From an uncultured Chloroflexia bacterium (GTDB lineage Bacteria > Chloroflexota > Limnocylindria > Limnocylindrales > CSP1-4): 64,000 bases of DNA. The position numbers and the translations under genes were made by a program. Shown here piece after piece: positions 19,662 through 30,065 of the stretch. Location of the stretch: positions 279,424 through 343,423 of the forward strand of contig CAWGNI010000010.1 of NCBI GenBank assembly GCA_963823925.1, in the 5' to 3' direction. The first letter of the stretch is position 1, and the number at the start of each line of letters is the position of its first letter. The notes beneath the pieces were generated by a model. That model did not search any database. It was not told where the DNA came from and saw only the letters and a list, made by a program, of their open reading frames with translations.

Positions 19662-20663
19662 GTGACGACCTCCATCCTCCATGCGCTCCGAGGGACCCAC
19701 GTCCGGCTGTGGATCGCGGCGATCCTGGTCGTCGCGGCCGTCGGTACGATCGGCTACGTCGCCATGGGGTGGTCGATCGGTGACGCTGCGTACATGACCG
19801 GGATCACCCTGACGACGACGGGCTATCGGGAGGTCCGCGACCTCGACGGGATCGGCCGGGCCTGGACTGTCATGCTTGGGATCGCCGGCGTCGGGATCAT
19901 CTTCGGATCGGTCGGGATCGTCACGGAAGCGTTCCTGTCCGATGCGGTCAGCGGGCGGCGGGAGGCGAAGCGCATGTCGGACACCATCGACGGGCTGACG
20001 GGCCACCTGATCCTGTGTGGCTACGGACGGGTCGGATCGACGGTCGCCCGCGAACTCGCCCACGTCGGCGAGGCCTTCGTCGTGGTCGACATCAACCCGA
20101 CCTCGCTCGAGGCGGCACGCGCCGACGGCCACCTCGTCGTCGCCGGCGACGCGACGATCGACTCGATCCTCGTCGAGGCCGGGATCGAGCGCGCTCGCGG
20201 CCTGATCACGACCATCGATTCCGATGCCAACAACGTCTACGTGACCCTCTCCGCGCGGTCGCTCAACCCGAACCTGTTCGTCGTCGCACGAGCGAACCAG
20301 GAAGGGTCGGAAGCGAAACTCACCCATGCCGGAGCGCAACGCGTCGTTTCGCCGTACACGCGTGCCGGCCGGCAGATCGCCGAGCTGGCGGTCCGTCCCG
20401 GTGTCGCCGATTTCATCGATTTCGCCCTGTCCCATGGCGAACCCGCGTTCGCGATCGAGGCGGTCGTCGTCCGACCGGGCGGGCCGCTCGATGGGCAGTC
20501 CATCGGTGCGCTGCGCGATCGCGGCATCTTCGCCCTGGCGGTGGTTCGGGGCGATCGGGACTACGAGCCGAACCCCGCGGCCGATCGCACGCTGCGCGAG
20601 GGCGAGAACGTGATCGTCTCAGGCCCGGCGGACACGCTCCGGGAACTGCGCGGGCGGGTCTAG
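19662..20663 (+). CDS. Potassium-channel/TrkA-family protein (pore plus RCK domains)
   Basis: TM helices with TLTTTGY (pore-signature variant), HLILCGYGRVG (RCK-N) and RCK-C. Confidence 0.9.
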   Translation: MTTSILHALRGTHVRLWIAAILVVAAVGTIGYVAMGWSIGDAAYMTGITLTTTGYREVRDLDGIGRAWTVMLGIAGVGIIFGSVGIVTEAFLSDAVSGRREAKRMSDTIDGLTGHLILCGYGRVGSTVARELAHVGEAFVVVDINPTSLEAARADGHLVVAGDATIDSILVEAGIERARGLITTIDSDANNVYVTLSARSLNPNLFVVARANQEGSEAKLTHAGAQRVVSPYTRAGRQIAELAVRPGVADFIDFALSHGEPAFAIEAVVVRPGGPLDGQSIGALRDRGIFALAVVRGDRDYEPNPAADRTLREGENVIVSGPADTLRELRGRV

Positions 20664-21612
20664 CCGGCGTCGGCCGGATCGATCGGATCCGCGGCGTCGA
20701 CGTCCGGGTCATCGGCCGCGGCGGTCCCGGCGATCCCGGCATCGGCATCGGCCTCGACCTCGGTCAGGACGACCCCGGCTCAGGGCGGCCGCTGCCTCCG
20801 CCTCGGCGACGGCCAGGGCCGGCGGCGGTGCCTCCGCAGCGACGATCGCGGCACCGATGATGCCCGCATCGTTGCGCAGCTCGGCGGGTACCACCGGGCA
20901 GCGCACGGTCAGTCTGGGCACGTACTTGTCGGCGCTCTTGCTGACCCCGCCGCCGAGGATGATGAGGTTCGGCCACATCAGTTGCTGGATCCGGTCCAGA
21001 TGCTCGTCGAGATCGCTCGCCCACGCCTTCCAGGACAGCCCGCGCTTGACCCGCGCCGCTGCCGCCGACCGACGTTCCGCTGTGCGACCGCGGATCTCCA
21101 TCTGGCCGAATTCGACGTTCGGAACGAGCGTGCCGTCGACGAACACGCCCGAGCCCACGCCGGTCCCGAGGGTCAGGAAGATGACCACGCCCGGCTGATC
21201 CCGGCCGACGCCGAAGCGCATCTCGGCGATCCCGGCGGCGTCGGCATCGTTGATGATCGAGATCGGCCGTGACATCAACCGTGCCATCCGCTCGACCACC
21301 GGGAAGTCGATCCAGGTCGAGTCGATGTTGGCGGCCGACTTGAGGACGCCATCGATCGTGACGCCCGGGCAGGCCGATCCCGATCGGGGTCGATTCACCC
21401 AGGCCCGCCGACTTCACCAGTCGCCTGGTCAGCCGGGCGACGGATGCGAGGACCGCCTCCGGCGTCGACGGGTTGGGTGTGGCGACGCGCAGGCGTTCGG
21501 ACCTGAGGCGCCCGGCTTCCACGTCCACCACCGCGGCCTTGATCCCGCTGCCCCCGACATCGACGCCGATCGCGATCCGTCCCGTGGCCATCTCGGGCGT
21601 TCCCTCCGTCAT
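20660..21612 (-). CDS. ppgK: Polyphosphate glucokinase (ROK family), frameshifts near 21365 and probably 20775
   Basis: IGVDVGGSGIKAAVVD, TPNPSTP, INDADAAGIAEMRFG, LTLGTGVGS, NVEFG, ILGGGVSK and LRNDAGIIGAA. The corrected tail is acidic and ends at TAG 20660. Confidence 0.85.
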
Positions 21613-21631
21613 CGATCCCTCCCGGCCCCGA

Positions 21632-22399
21632 TCAGAAATAGTTGACGCTGATCCCACCGTCCACGACCAGCGATGCGCCGTTGGTCCAACGCGACTCGTC
21701 CGAAGCCAGGTAGATCGCCATCTGGACGATCTCCTCGGGCTTCCCGAACCGACCGGTCGGGTTGCGGGCCAGGCGGAGTTGCTTGGCCGCCTCGTCCTTG
21801 AGCAGCCAATCCATCAGCAGCGGCGTCTCGACGGGGCCCGGGCAGATCGCGTTGGTCCGGATGCCGTGGGGTCCGAACTGGACGGCCAGACTCCGGGTCA
21901 GGGCCAGGACCGCCCCTTTCGAGGCGGTGTACGCGTCCTGCGGAACGCTGCAGCCGACGAGCGCGACGAAGCTCGCGATGTTGATGATCGAACCCCCACC
22001 GCCGGCGATCATCGCCGGGATGGCGTACCTGCAGCCCAGATAGACGCCTCGGACGTTGACGGCCATGACCGAATCCCAGGTCGTGACATCCGTGTCCACG
22101 ACGGAGTGATCGGCCTCGGGCATGATCCCGGCGTTGTTGTACAGGCAGTCGAGCCGCCCGTACGTGGCGAGGGCGTGATCGACCATCGCCTTGGCCTCGG
22201 CCTCCTGCGACACGTCGGCTCGGACGAGCGTGGCCTCACCGCCGGCCGCCCGGACCAGGTCCACGGTCTCGGACCCGGCTGGCTCGCTGTACTCAGCGAC
22301 CACGACCCTTGCCCCTTGTGCCGCGAACAGCTGGGCCGCCACCCGGCCCATCCCGCTGCCGCCGCCCGTGATGATCGCAACCTTGCCTTCGAGCCGCAT
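21632..22399 (-). CDS. Short-chain dehydrogenase/reductase
   Basis: TGGGSGMG, NNAGI, YTASK (YxxxK) and NAICPG. Confidence 0.93.
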   Translation of the reverse strand: MRLEGKVAIITGGGSGMGRVAAQLFAAQGARVVVAEYSEPAGSETVDLVRAAGGEATLVRADVSQEAEAKAMVDHALATYGRLDCLYNNAGIMPEADHSVVDTDVTTWDSVMAVNVRGVYLGCRYAIPAMIAGGGGSIINIASFVALVGCSVPQDAYTASKGAVLALTRSLAVQFGPHGIRTNAICPGPVETPLLMDWLLKDEAAKQLRLARNPTGRFGKPEEIVQMAIYLASDESRWTNGASLVVDGGISVNYF

Positions 22400-22541
22400 C
22401 GCACTTCCTCGTTTCGTGTGCCAGGTCGTGGCGTCAGGCTCAGAGTAGCGCTCGGCCACTCGGGGTGCCGGGTGTCCCGTCATCTTCGGTGGCCGGTACC
22501 ACGGCCGAGTACGATGGCACGCGTCAGGCAGGAGCGCTGGA

Positions 22542-23207
22542 ATGGGACCCTCGGACGCTGAGCTGATCGAGGCGGTGACCGCCGCCGATGCCGCCCGGGT
22601 GACGGAACTCGTCGCCGCGGACCCGACGCTCGCCTCGGCCCGGAACCGGGATGGCGTGTCTGCGCTGATGCTCGCCCGCTACCACGCTGATCGTGCAGTG
22701 ACCGACGCGCTGCTCGCCGCCGATCCCGACCTCGACGTCTTCGAGGCGGCCGCCCTCGGCTACCTCGATCGGCTCCGTGAGCGGCTCGACGACCCCTGGC
22801 AGGCCAGGGCCTACTCCAGCGACGGGTTCACGGCCCTGCATCTCGCGGCCTACTTCGGCAAGACGGAAGCCGCCCGGGCGCTCATCGCGGCGGGTGCCGG
22901 GGTCGACGTCTACTCCACCAACGAGATGCGGGTCCAGCCACTCCACAGTGCCGCCGCGAGCCGGAGTCATGAGGTCTGCCGGCTGCTGATCGCCTCGGGC
23001 GCCGATGTCAACGGGACCCAGCAGTACGAATTCACGCCACTCCATGCAGCCGCCCAGCATGGGGACACGGAGCTGGTCGAGCTGTTCCTGTCGGCCGGCG
23101 CCGATCCGACGGCGATGACCGACGGCGGCGCGACGCCCGCCGATATCGCCGAAGCTGCCGGCCACGTCGACCTCGCCCATCGCCTCCGCGAGGTCGGCTC
23201 GGCCTGA
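22542..23207 (+). CDS. Ankyrin-repeat protein
   Basis: Repeats DGFTALHLAAYFG, QPLHSAAA, FTPLHAAAQHGD and ATPADIA. Confidence 0.92.
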   Translation: MGPSDAELIEAVTAADAARVTELVAADPTLASARNRDGVSALMLARYHADRAVTDALLAADPDLDVFEAAALGYLDRLRERLDDPWQARAYSSDGFTALHLAAYFGKTEAARALIAAGAGVDVYSTNEMRVQPLHSAAASRSHEVCRLLIASGADVNGTQQYEFTPLHAAAQHGDTELVELFLSAGADPTAMTDGGATPADIAEAAGHVDLAHRLREVGSA

Positions 23208-23216
23208 CCGGTCGGG

Positions 23217-24626
23217 CTAGCCGCGCTCCAGGTAGCGCTCGCGCTCCCATGGATGGACGACCGAATCGAACGTCGCCTGCTCCACGCGTGCGGCATTGAG
23301 GTAGTGATCGACGACATCCTGGCCGAAGATCTCGACCGCGGCCGCTGAGCGTTCCAGTTCGGCGATCGCCTCATGGAGGGCCCGCGGCATCCGGCTGACG
23401 CCCTCGGCGACGTAGCCGTTGCCCTTGAACTCGGCATCGAGCGTCAACCCGTGCTCGATCCCGTACAGCCCGGCGCCCATCATCGCGGCATAGGTCAGGT
23501 ACGCGTTCATGTCGCCACCGGGGAACCGATCCTCGACGTGGAGCGCCGGACCGTGGCCGACCAGGCGGAACCCGGTGGTCCGGTTGTCCCGGCCCCAGAC
23601 CACATTGACCGGCGCCCACGACAGGGACGCATAACGTTTGTACGAGTTGATGAACGGGGCGATGAAGATGGCCAGTTCGCGGGACAGGTGCATCATCCCG
23701 GCCATGAACTGCTGGCCGACTTCGGAAAGGCCGTACGGACCGGCCGGCTCGCCGTCCGACGCGGGCATCAACGGCCGATCCGTGGCGATGTCCCACAGGC
23801 TCATGTGCAGATGGCCGGACGAACCCGTCCAGTGGTGGTCCGGCTTGGCCATGAAGGTGATGCCCCAGCCGTTGAGGTAGGCGATCTCCTTGGCCCCATG
23901 CTTGAACACCACGCTCCGGTCGGCCGAGGTCAGGACATGGTCGTAGCGGATGTTCACCTCGTGCTGACCGGCCGCCGCCTCGCCCTTGCTGAACTCGATC
24001 GGCACGTCCGCCGCGGTCATCTGGTTGCGGAGCAGGCGATACAGCGGCTCTGCCTTGGTGCCCTGGAGGAGGTGGTAATCCTCGTTGTAGTGTCCGAACG
24101 GGCGGGGGACCGGGTGGCCACGCTCTGCGAGGTCCTCCCAGGAATCCTTGAGCACGTAGAACTCGAACTCGGAGCCGGCCTTGAGGGCGTAGCCGGCCGC
24201 GGCCGCGCGGTCGACCTGACGCTTGAGGATGGTCCGTGGAGCGACGGGGATCTCGAGGCCGGTCTCCTCGTCGACGACATCGGCGAGGACCATCGCGGTG
24301 CCCGGGAGCCACGGCAGGATCCGCAGCTGATCCCAGATCGGCCTGGCGACCCAGTCGCCGTATCCCGTCTCCCAGTTCATCAGGGTGAACCCGTCGGGCG
24401 TGCTCATCTCCATGTCCGTGCCCAGCAGGTACGTGCAGAAGTGGGCACCGTGGGCGATGACGCCGTCGAGGAATGCCTGGCCCTGGACCCGCTTGCCGAG
24501 CAGGCGGCCCTGCATGTCGGCGAAGGCGACGACGATCGTGTCGATCTGGCCGTCGCGGACCATCTCCTCGAGTTCGATCAGGCGCGGGTGCCGCGCCCCG
24601 GGATCGTCATCGGCGTCGTCGGGCAT
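23217..24626 (-). CDS. Glutamine-synthetase-like gamma-glutamylamine ligase (GlnA4-like)
   Basis: FADMQGRLLGKR, GSEFEFY, KGEAAAGQHEVN, FMAKP, GSSGHLH, WGRDNRT and EDRFPGGD; the N-terminal pattern is typical of actinobacterial GlnA4-type enzymes. Confidence 0.88.
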   Translation of the reverse strand: MPDDADDDPGARHPRLIELEEMVRDGQIDTIVVAFADMQGRLLGKRVQGQAFLDGVIAHGAHFCTYLLGTDMEMSTPDGFTLMNWETGYGDWVARPIWDQLRILPWLPGTAMVLADVVDEETGLEIPVAPRTILKRQVDRAAAAGYALKAGSEFEFYVLKDSWEDLAERGHPVPRPFGHYNEDYHLLQGTKAEPLYRLLRNQMTAADVPIEFSKGEAAAGQHEVNIRYDHVLTSADRSVVFKHGAKEIAYLNGWGITFMAKPDHHWTGSSGHLHMSLWDIATDRPLMPASDGEPAGPYGLSEVGQQFMAGMMHLSRELAIFIAPFINSYKRYASLSWAPVNVVWGRDNRTTGFRLVGHGPALHVEDRFPGGDMNAYLTYAAMMGAGLYGIEHGLTLDAEFKGNGYVAEGVSRMPRALHEAIAELERSAAAVEIFGQDVVDHYLNAARVEQATFDSVVHPWERERYLERG

Positions 24627-24638
24627 CGATCGGCGTCG

Positions 24639-25422
24639 TCAGTACAGCATCGTCGTGCCGGTCGGGAACTCCAGCTCGAACGCGTTCGACTGGAGTGCCG
24701 CATCCGGCGCCAGGTCCACGACATCGGCCTGCCGCGTCACGGATCCGCCGATCGACTCGACGAGGCGGAGGATGACCCCGGTTGCTCGATCGACCGCGAT
24801 CGACAGGTGGAAGTCGGGACGGTCGCCGGACGACCTCGTCGTGCGCGGATGGTCGCATTCCAGCAGGACCGCTTCCCGGCCGTTGACGACAGCGGATCCG
24901 CCGATGAAGCATCGGCCGGTGGCAAGGACGTTCTGGCAGTAGCCAGCGGGATGGACGAACGTATCGACGAGCGTCTCCGCGGGCAGCGCGGTGACCGGCT
25001 CGTAGACCCGCGACGGGCCCGGGAAGTCGCGATCGGCCAAACCACGCGGCCGGTTGCGCACGGGTCGCTGGGTTCCCAGGCGATGCACCCCTGAGTACGT
25101 CCGAACGAGATCCCCGTCCGAGACCCAGACCTCGTAGTCGCCACCCCCGACCGAACCGCCTCGGCTCGTGGTCACCCGCGCCTGGCCCGGATGGCGGAGC
25201 AGCAGGTCCATCGTCGCGCGTCTCCTCACCGCGCGATCCCTGGATCAATTCGACGATCCGCATCCGGAGCGACCCGAACCGAGTCTCCGCGTCGCGCATG
25301 AAATCGAACAGCGCGGTCACGCTCGGTCGGTCCTCGGTCAGCGCGGCGACTTCGGGCAGCCGCCGACCATCCCGGACGGCGGGCACGGCCGCGGCGCGAT
25401 CCCAGAGGCGGGTTTCGGTCAT
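24639..25422 (-). CDS. Hypothetical protein, possibly LolA/MucB-like beta-rich fold (frameshift near 25225)
   Basis: MTETRLWD...FGSLRMRIVE joins ORF 24639..25229 after a one-base correction. Beta-strand pattern with VSDG and IAVDRATGVILRL; preceded by a TACAAT -10. Confidence 0.6.
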
Positions 25423-25460
25423 CGGGCGGATTGTAGCGGCCTTGCCCCGGTGGACGTGGC

Positions 25461-26863
25461 CTATCCCCCGCCGAGTCCCGGTTCGGTCATCGCGATCGGG
25501 TCGAGCAGTCGGTCGACCTCGGACGGATTCCATCCCGCGTTCGATGGCCAGTTCGCGGATCGTCCGTCCGGTCTTGAGCGCGTCCTTGGCCAGTCTGGCC
25601 GCTTCGTCGTAGCCGATCGAGGGGGCCAGCGCCGTCGCGAGCATCAGGCCCTGCTCGACGAGTCGCGGGCCTCGGTCGGTGGCGGTCAGCCCTTCGATGC
25701 AGCGCGCGCTGAAGTTGGCGGTCGCGGCGCCGAGCAACTCGATCGACTCGAGCATCGCCGCGGTCGTGACCGGGAGCATCACGTTCAGCTCGAGGAAGCT
25801 GCCCGTCTGGCCGAATCCGATCGTCGCGTCGTTGCCGATCACCCGGGCCACGACCATCGTCAGGCTCTCGACGATGACCGGGTTGACTTTGCCCGGCATG
25901 ATGCTCGAGCCCGGTTGCGTCTCCGGCAGCGCCAGCTCCCCGATCCCCGCCCGCGGACCCATCCCCATCAGGCGGACGTCCGAGGCGATCTTCCAGAGCC
26001 CGAGCGCGGTCGCCCGGATCGCGCCGTGGGCCGCGATGACGGCGTCGAGCGTCGCCTGGGCATGGAAATGGTTGTCGGTCTCACGGACGGGCAGGCCGGT
26101 GAGGTTCGAGAGACGGGCGCACGCACCCGACGCGTAGTCGGGATGGGCATTGATCCCGGTCCCGACCGCGGTCCCGCCGAGCGGGACCTCCAGCAATTCG
26201 ACCTGGGCGGCGCGGACCCGCCGGATCGCCTGGTCGAGCTGACCGGCATAGCCCTTGAACTCCTGCCCGAGACGGACCGGCGTCGCATCCTGGAGGTGGG
26301 TCCGACCGGTCTTGACGATCGGCCAGAAGGTCTCCGACTTTGCGGCGAGTGCTGCCCGCAGCCGCTCGAGGGCGGGCAGCAGCGTCTCCTCGATCGCGAC
26401 CGCGGCGGACAGCTGGAGCGCGGTCGGGATCGTGTCATTCGAGCTCTGGCACCGATTGACGTCGTCGTTCGGGTGGACCTTGCGCCCGCCACCCAGCCGG
26501 GCTCCCGCGAGATGCGCGATCACCTCGTTCATGTTGGTGTTCGTCGAGGTGCCCGAGCCGGTCTGGTAGATGTCGATCGGGAATTGGTCAGCGTGGTCGC
26601 CATCCGCCACGGAGGCTGCGGCCGCGGCGATCGCCTCGGCGACATCCGGCTCCAGGAGTCCGAGTTCCCCGTTCGTCTCCGCCGCCGCGAGCTTGACCAG
26701 GGCGAGCGCTCGAACGAATCGAGGAGGCATGCCCTGGCCGGAGATCGGGAAGTTGAGGACGGCCCGCTGCGTCGAGGCGCCGTACAAGCGCGTCGGCCGG
26801 GACCTCCATCTCGCCCATCGAGTCGCGCTCCAGGCGGGTGGCGGGCCGCGTCGTGTCGGACAT
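25461..26863 (-). CDS. fumC: Class II fumarate hydratase (frameshifts near 26786 and 25525)
   Basis: RLERDSMGEMEVP, YGASTQRA, QTGSGTSTNTNMNEV, HPNDDVN, GRTHLQDATP and the signature GSSIMPGKVNP. Confidence 0.93.
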
Positions 26864-26939
26864 GGTCAGATTGTAGGGGTCAGGGGAGGACTGTCGGCCG
26901 CGGTATCGGCGTGGCCGGAAGGCGCCTAGACTCTGCGAG

Positions 26940-27485
26940 GTGAGCAGCTCCAGCACCGCGATCATCGACTCCGAGACGTTCCGCCGGGTCATGGGCCACT
27001 TCGTGACCGGCGTGACCGTCGTGACCGCCCTGGACGGGGACCAGCCGTGCGGGATCACCGTGAACGCCCTCAGCTCCGTGTCGCTCGATCCGGCGCTGGT
27101 CATGATCGCCCTCGACCGACGGCGGTTCATGACCCCGATCGTGCGTCGAGCGGGTCGATACGCGGTGAATATCCTGTCCGAGGACCAGCAGGGGTTGTCC
27201 GACTGTTTCGCCGGCGCTCCGGTCGTGCCCGGGCGCGATGCGTTCTGCGGGGCGGTCTGGCAGCCCGGGGAGACGGGGTTGCCTCTCCTCGACGGGGCCA
27301 TCGCGACCCTCGAATGCACCGTCGTCGAGACGTTCTCCGCCGGCGACCACGACCTGTTCATCGGGCGGGTCGAGTCGCTCGCCAATGAGCACCATCACCC
27401 GATGCCGCTGCTCTACTATCGTCGCCGCTACCTTCGGATCGAGCGCTCCGCGAGCACCGAGATCGAAGGCAAGCCCGAACGCTAG
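26940..27485 (+). CDS. Flavin reductase-like protein (HpaC/RutF family)
   Basis: FRRVMGHFVTGVTVVT, GITVNALSSVSLDPALV and GDHDLFIGRV. Confidence 0.93.
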   Translation: MSSSSTAIIDSETFRRVMGHFVTGVTVVTALDGDQPCGITVNALSSVSLDPALVMIALDRRRFMTPIVRRAGRYAVNILSEDQQGLSDCFAGAPVVPGRDAFCGAVWQPGETGLPLLDGAIATLECTVVETFSAGDHDLFIGRVESLANEHHHPMPLLYYRRRYLRIERSASTEIEGKPER

Positions 27486-27505
27486 GCGCCCCGCCGGTGG
27501 CCGGG

Positions 27506-27527
27506 GCGGGTCCGCGATCGGACCCGC
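27506..27527. terminator. GC hairpin after the flavin reductase gene
   Basis: GCGGGTCCG-CGAT-CGGACCCGC is a perfect 9-bp stem with no U-tract. Confidence 0.4.
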
Positions 27528-27533
27528 AGGCCG

Positions 27534-27978
27534 ATGACGGCTGCTCGGTACACGACGACCTCCGCCGGGACGCCAGGGAGCGGTCGCTGCGCGATCGGCC
27601 ACCCGCCTGTGGTGTGCGAGCCTCGTCGTCGCCTCGGCGACGGCCGCCGCACTCAACGACGCCGGGCTCGGTGCGCCGACGTACGTGATCAGCGGCCGCT
27701 TTGCCGGTCGCGGTCCCGGGTCCGGTTCTGACGACATGGCCACCGCCCGGTTGATCGAGCGCGCCCGACTCGGCCGGCCTCTCGAGCGCGACAGGACCAT
27801 CCGCGAGGTGGCCTCCTCCGAGGAGGCGATGGCGACCCTGGCCCACGGACCGCACAGCGCCCCGCCGGAGGACATCGACCTGGCGACCCGGGTCGACAGC
27901 TTCGATTTCGCGATGGAAGTGGTTCGCGCGACGGACGGCCTGCGGCTCGAGCGTCGCGACGACCCGGGCGCGCGTTAG
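27534..27978 (+). pseudogene. 5'-truncated 2-phosphosulfolactate phosphatase (ComB)-like remnant, with a frameshift near 27577
   Basis: The joined frames read TTSAGTPG|AVAARSATRLWCASLVVASATAAAL...TYVISG...DDMATARLI...PEDIDLATRVDSFDFAMEV, which follows the C-terminal two-thirds of ComB-family proteins. The N-terminal DVxRA region is missing. Confidence 0.6.
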
Positions 27979-27987
27979 CATCGAACG

Positions 27988-28791
27988 ATGCCGAAGCTTC
28001 GGGCGAACGGACTGGATATCGGGTACGAGGTGGCGGGGGCCGGACCTCCGTTGATCGCGCTCCATGGCGCGACCATGTCCGGCCGAGAGGAGTTCGCCGC
28101 GCTGTCCCCGTCGTTCACCTCGGCCTTCACCCTCCATCTGCCGGATGCCCGCGGCCATGCGACGACGCTGTGGGACGTCTCGTCCGGCGGGTTCGAGGCA
28201 ACCCGGCTCGTCGACGATCTCGAGGCCTTCGCGGATGGGCTCGGCCTGAAGACCTTCCACCTGGTCGGCTTCTCGATGGGTGGGATGACGGCGCTTGGGT
28301 TCGCCAGCCGATCCCCCGAACGGGTCAGGACCTTGGTCGTCGCCGGTATCTCGACGGCTCGGGAGCCGCGAGCGTCGGTCGTCAAGCATCTGCTCGACCC
28401 GGAGCGGATCGAGGGAGAGGATCCCGACTGGGCGGCCCGGCTGCGCGCCCGCCACGACCCTGTCCAGGGCGCCGGGGCATGGCGACGGCTGTTACCGGCA
28501 ATCGCCGACGACGTCGCCGCGCAGCCGCTCTTCTCGGCGGCCGAGCTGCGCAGGATCGACGCTCCCGCGCTCGTCGCCAGTGGCGATCGAGACCCGTTCG
28601 CACCGGTCCCGCAGGTCGCCGAACTCGCACGGCAGGTTCGCCACGGCCGACTGCTGATCGTGCCCGGTCACGGGCACGACATCGTGTCCGGCCCAGCCAC
28701 GGAACTCGACGCGGCGCTCGCAGCCTTCTATCGTTCGACCGAGCCGATCGCCCGCCGGCGCGCCGATGTCCATCCGGAGGTCGCCCGATGA
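27988..28791 (+). CDS. Alpha/beta-fold hydrolase
   Basis: LIALHG, PDARGHA, nucleophile elbow GFSMG, GDRD and GHGH. Confidence 0.92.
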   Translation: MPKLRANGLDIGYEVAGAGPPLIALHGATMSGREEFAALSPSFTSAFTLHLPDARGHATTLWDVSSGGFEATRLVDDLEAFADGLGLKTFHLVGFSMGGMTALGFASRSPERVRTLVVAGISTAREPRASVVKHLLDPERIEGEDPDWAARLRARHDPVQGAGAWRRLLPAIADDVAAQPLFSAAELRRIDAPALVASGDRDPFAPVPQVAELARQVRHGRLLIVPGHGHDIVSGPATELDAALAAFYRSTEPIARRRADVHPEVAR

Positions 28792-29141
28792 CCACGCTGC
28801 TTGCCCTGTTCCGGCGACCCGATGGTGGTGACGACGCCCGCACCACCTTCGAGCACCGCTATGCCACCGAGCACCTGCCGCTCGTTGCGGCGACACCGGG
28901 CCTGCGGGAGACCAGGGTCCATCGGGTGAGCGAGGCCCTCGGCGGCGACACCGACCTGATCCTGGTCACCTCGATGCGGTTCGACGATCGTGCGTCACTC
29001 GATGCCGGCTTGGCGTCCGATGCCATGCGGGCCGCCGGGCGCAACCTTCGGGAGATCGCCCCGGGCCTGTCCACGCTGCTCGTGCTTGACGATGCGCCCG
29101 AATTGGATGCTGCGGCCTTGCCGTCCGTGGATACTGTCTGA
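28788..29141 (+). CDS. EthD-family protein
   Basis: LLALFRRP...FEHRYATEHLPLVAATPGLR...MRFDDRASL is the EthD/Dabb pattern. Confidence 0.85.
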   Translation: MTTLLALFRRPDGGDDARTTFEHRYATEHLPLVAATPGLRETRVHRVSEALGGDTDLILVTSMRFDDRASLDAGLASDAMRAAGRNLREIAPGLSTLLVLDDAPELDAAALPSVDTV

Positions 29142-29159
29142 ACGACAGCCGAGGACGCC

Positions 29160-30038
29160 GTGACCGAGCCCGCCCACTCGAATGACGCGATGACGACCAG
29201 GTCGCCCGATGACGGCGATCGGCCGCACCGGACCTTCGTCCAGGTCGCCACCCCGGCACCGGCGCCCGCGTCGGCCGCTCCCCGAACGACGCTGGACGGG
29301 GTCGCGCTCGTCACCATCGACCGACCCGAGGCGCTCAATGCCCTGAGCTTCGATCTTCTCGACGAGCTGGTCGCGGCGCTCGAAGCGCTCGATGCCGGCG
29401 GCGAGTGCCGCGCGATCGTCATCACCGGGGCCGGGACGCGAGCCTTCGCAGCCGGTGCGGACATCCGCGAGCTCGCCACCCAGTCGCAGGCTTCACTGAC
29501 GGCCGGGGGACGGTTCGACAGCTGGGACCGCCTCGCGGCCATCGGCCTGCCCATCATCGCCGCGGTCCGGGGCTTCGCGCTCGGCGGCGGCTGTGAGCTC
29601 GCGATGACCTGCGACATGATCGTGGCCGCCGACGACGCGAGCTTCGGCCAGCCCGAGATCCGGATCGGCGTCATGCCCGGTGCTGGCGGGACGCAGCGGC
29701 TGACCCGGGCGGTCGGCAAGGCCCGGGCCATGGACCTGGTCCTGACCGGGCGGACGATGAGTGCGACCGAGGCCGAAACCTACGGCTTGATCACCCGGGT
29801 CGTCCCGGCGGCGGCGACGGTCGATGCCGCGCTCGAGCTGGCGGGACGGATCGCGTCGATGCCGCCGCTGGCGGTCCGGGCGGCGAAGGCCGCGATCCTC
29901 GACGCGGCGGCGGGCAGCCTGGCCGATGGCCTGGCCCGCGAACGCGCCGCCTTCTTCCGGCTCTTCGATACCGACGACCAGGCCGAGGGCATGGCCGCGT
30001 TCGCCGAGAAGCGAGCACCGGTGTGGTCCGGGCGATGA
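29160..30038 (+). CDS. paaF: Enoyl-CoA hydratase (PaaF-like)
   Basis: DRPEALNALS, AFAAGADIREL, GFALGGGCELA and FGQPEIRIGVMPGAGGTQRL; lies in a paa cluster. Confidence 0.85.
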   Translation: MTEPAHSNDAMTTRSPDDGDRPHRTFVQVATPAPAPASAAPRTTLDGVALVTIDRPEALNALSFDLLDELVAALEALDAGGECRAIVITGAGTRAFAAGADIRELATQSQASLTAGGRFDSWDRLAAIGLPIIAAVRGFALGGGCELAMTCDMIVAADDASFGQPEIRIGVMPGAGGTQRLTRAVGKARAMDLVLTGRTMSATEAETYGLITRVVPAAATVDAALELAGRIASMPPLAVRAAKAAILDAAAGSLADGLARERAAFFRLFDTDDQAEGMAAFAEKRAPVWSGR

Positions 30039-30065
30039 CCACGAGCGCGCAGCGAGGAGGACGCC

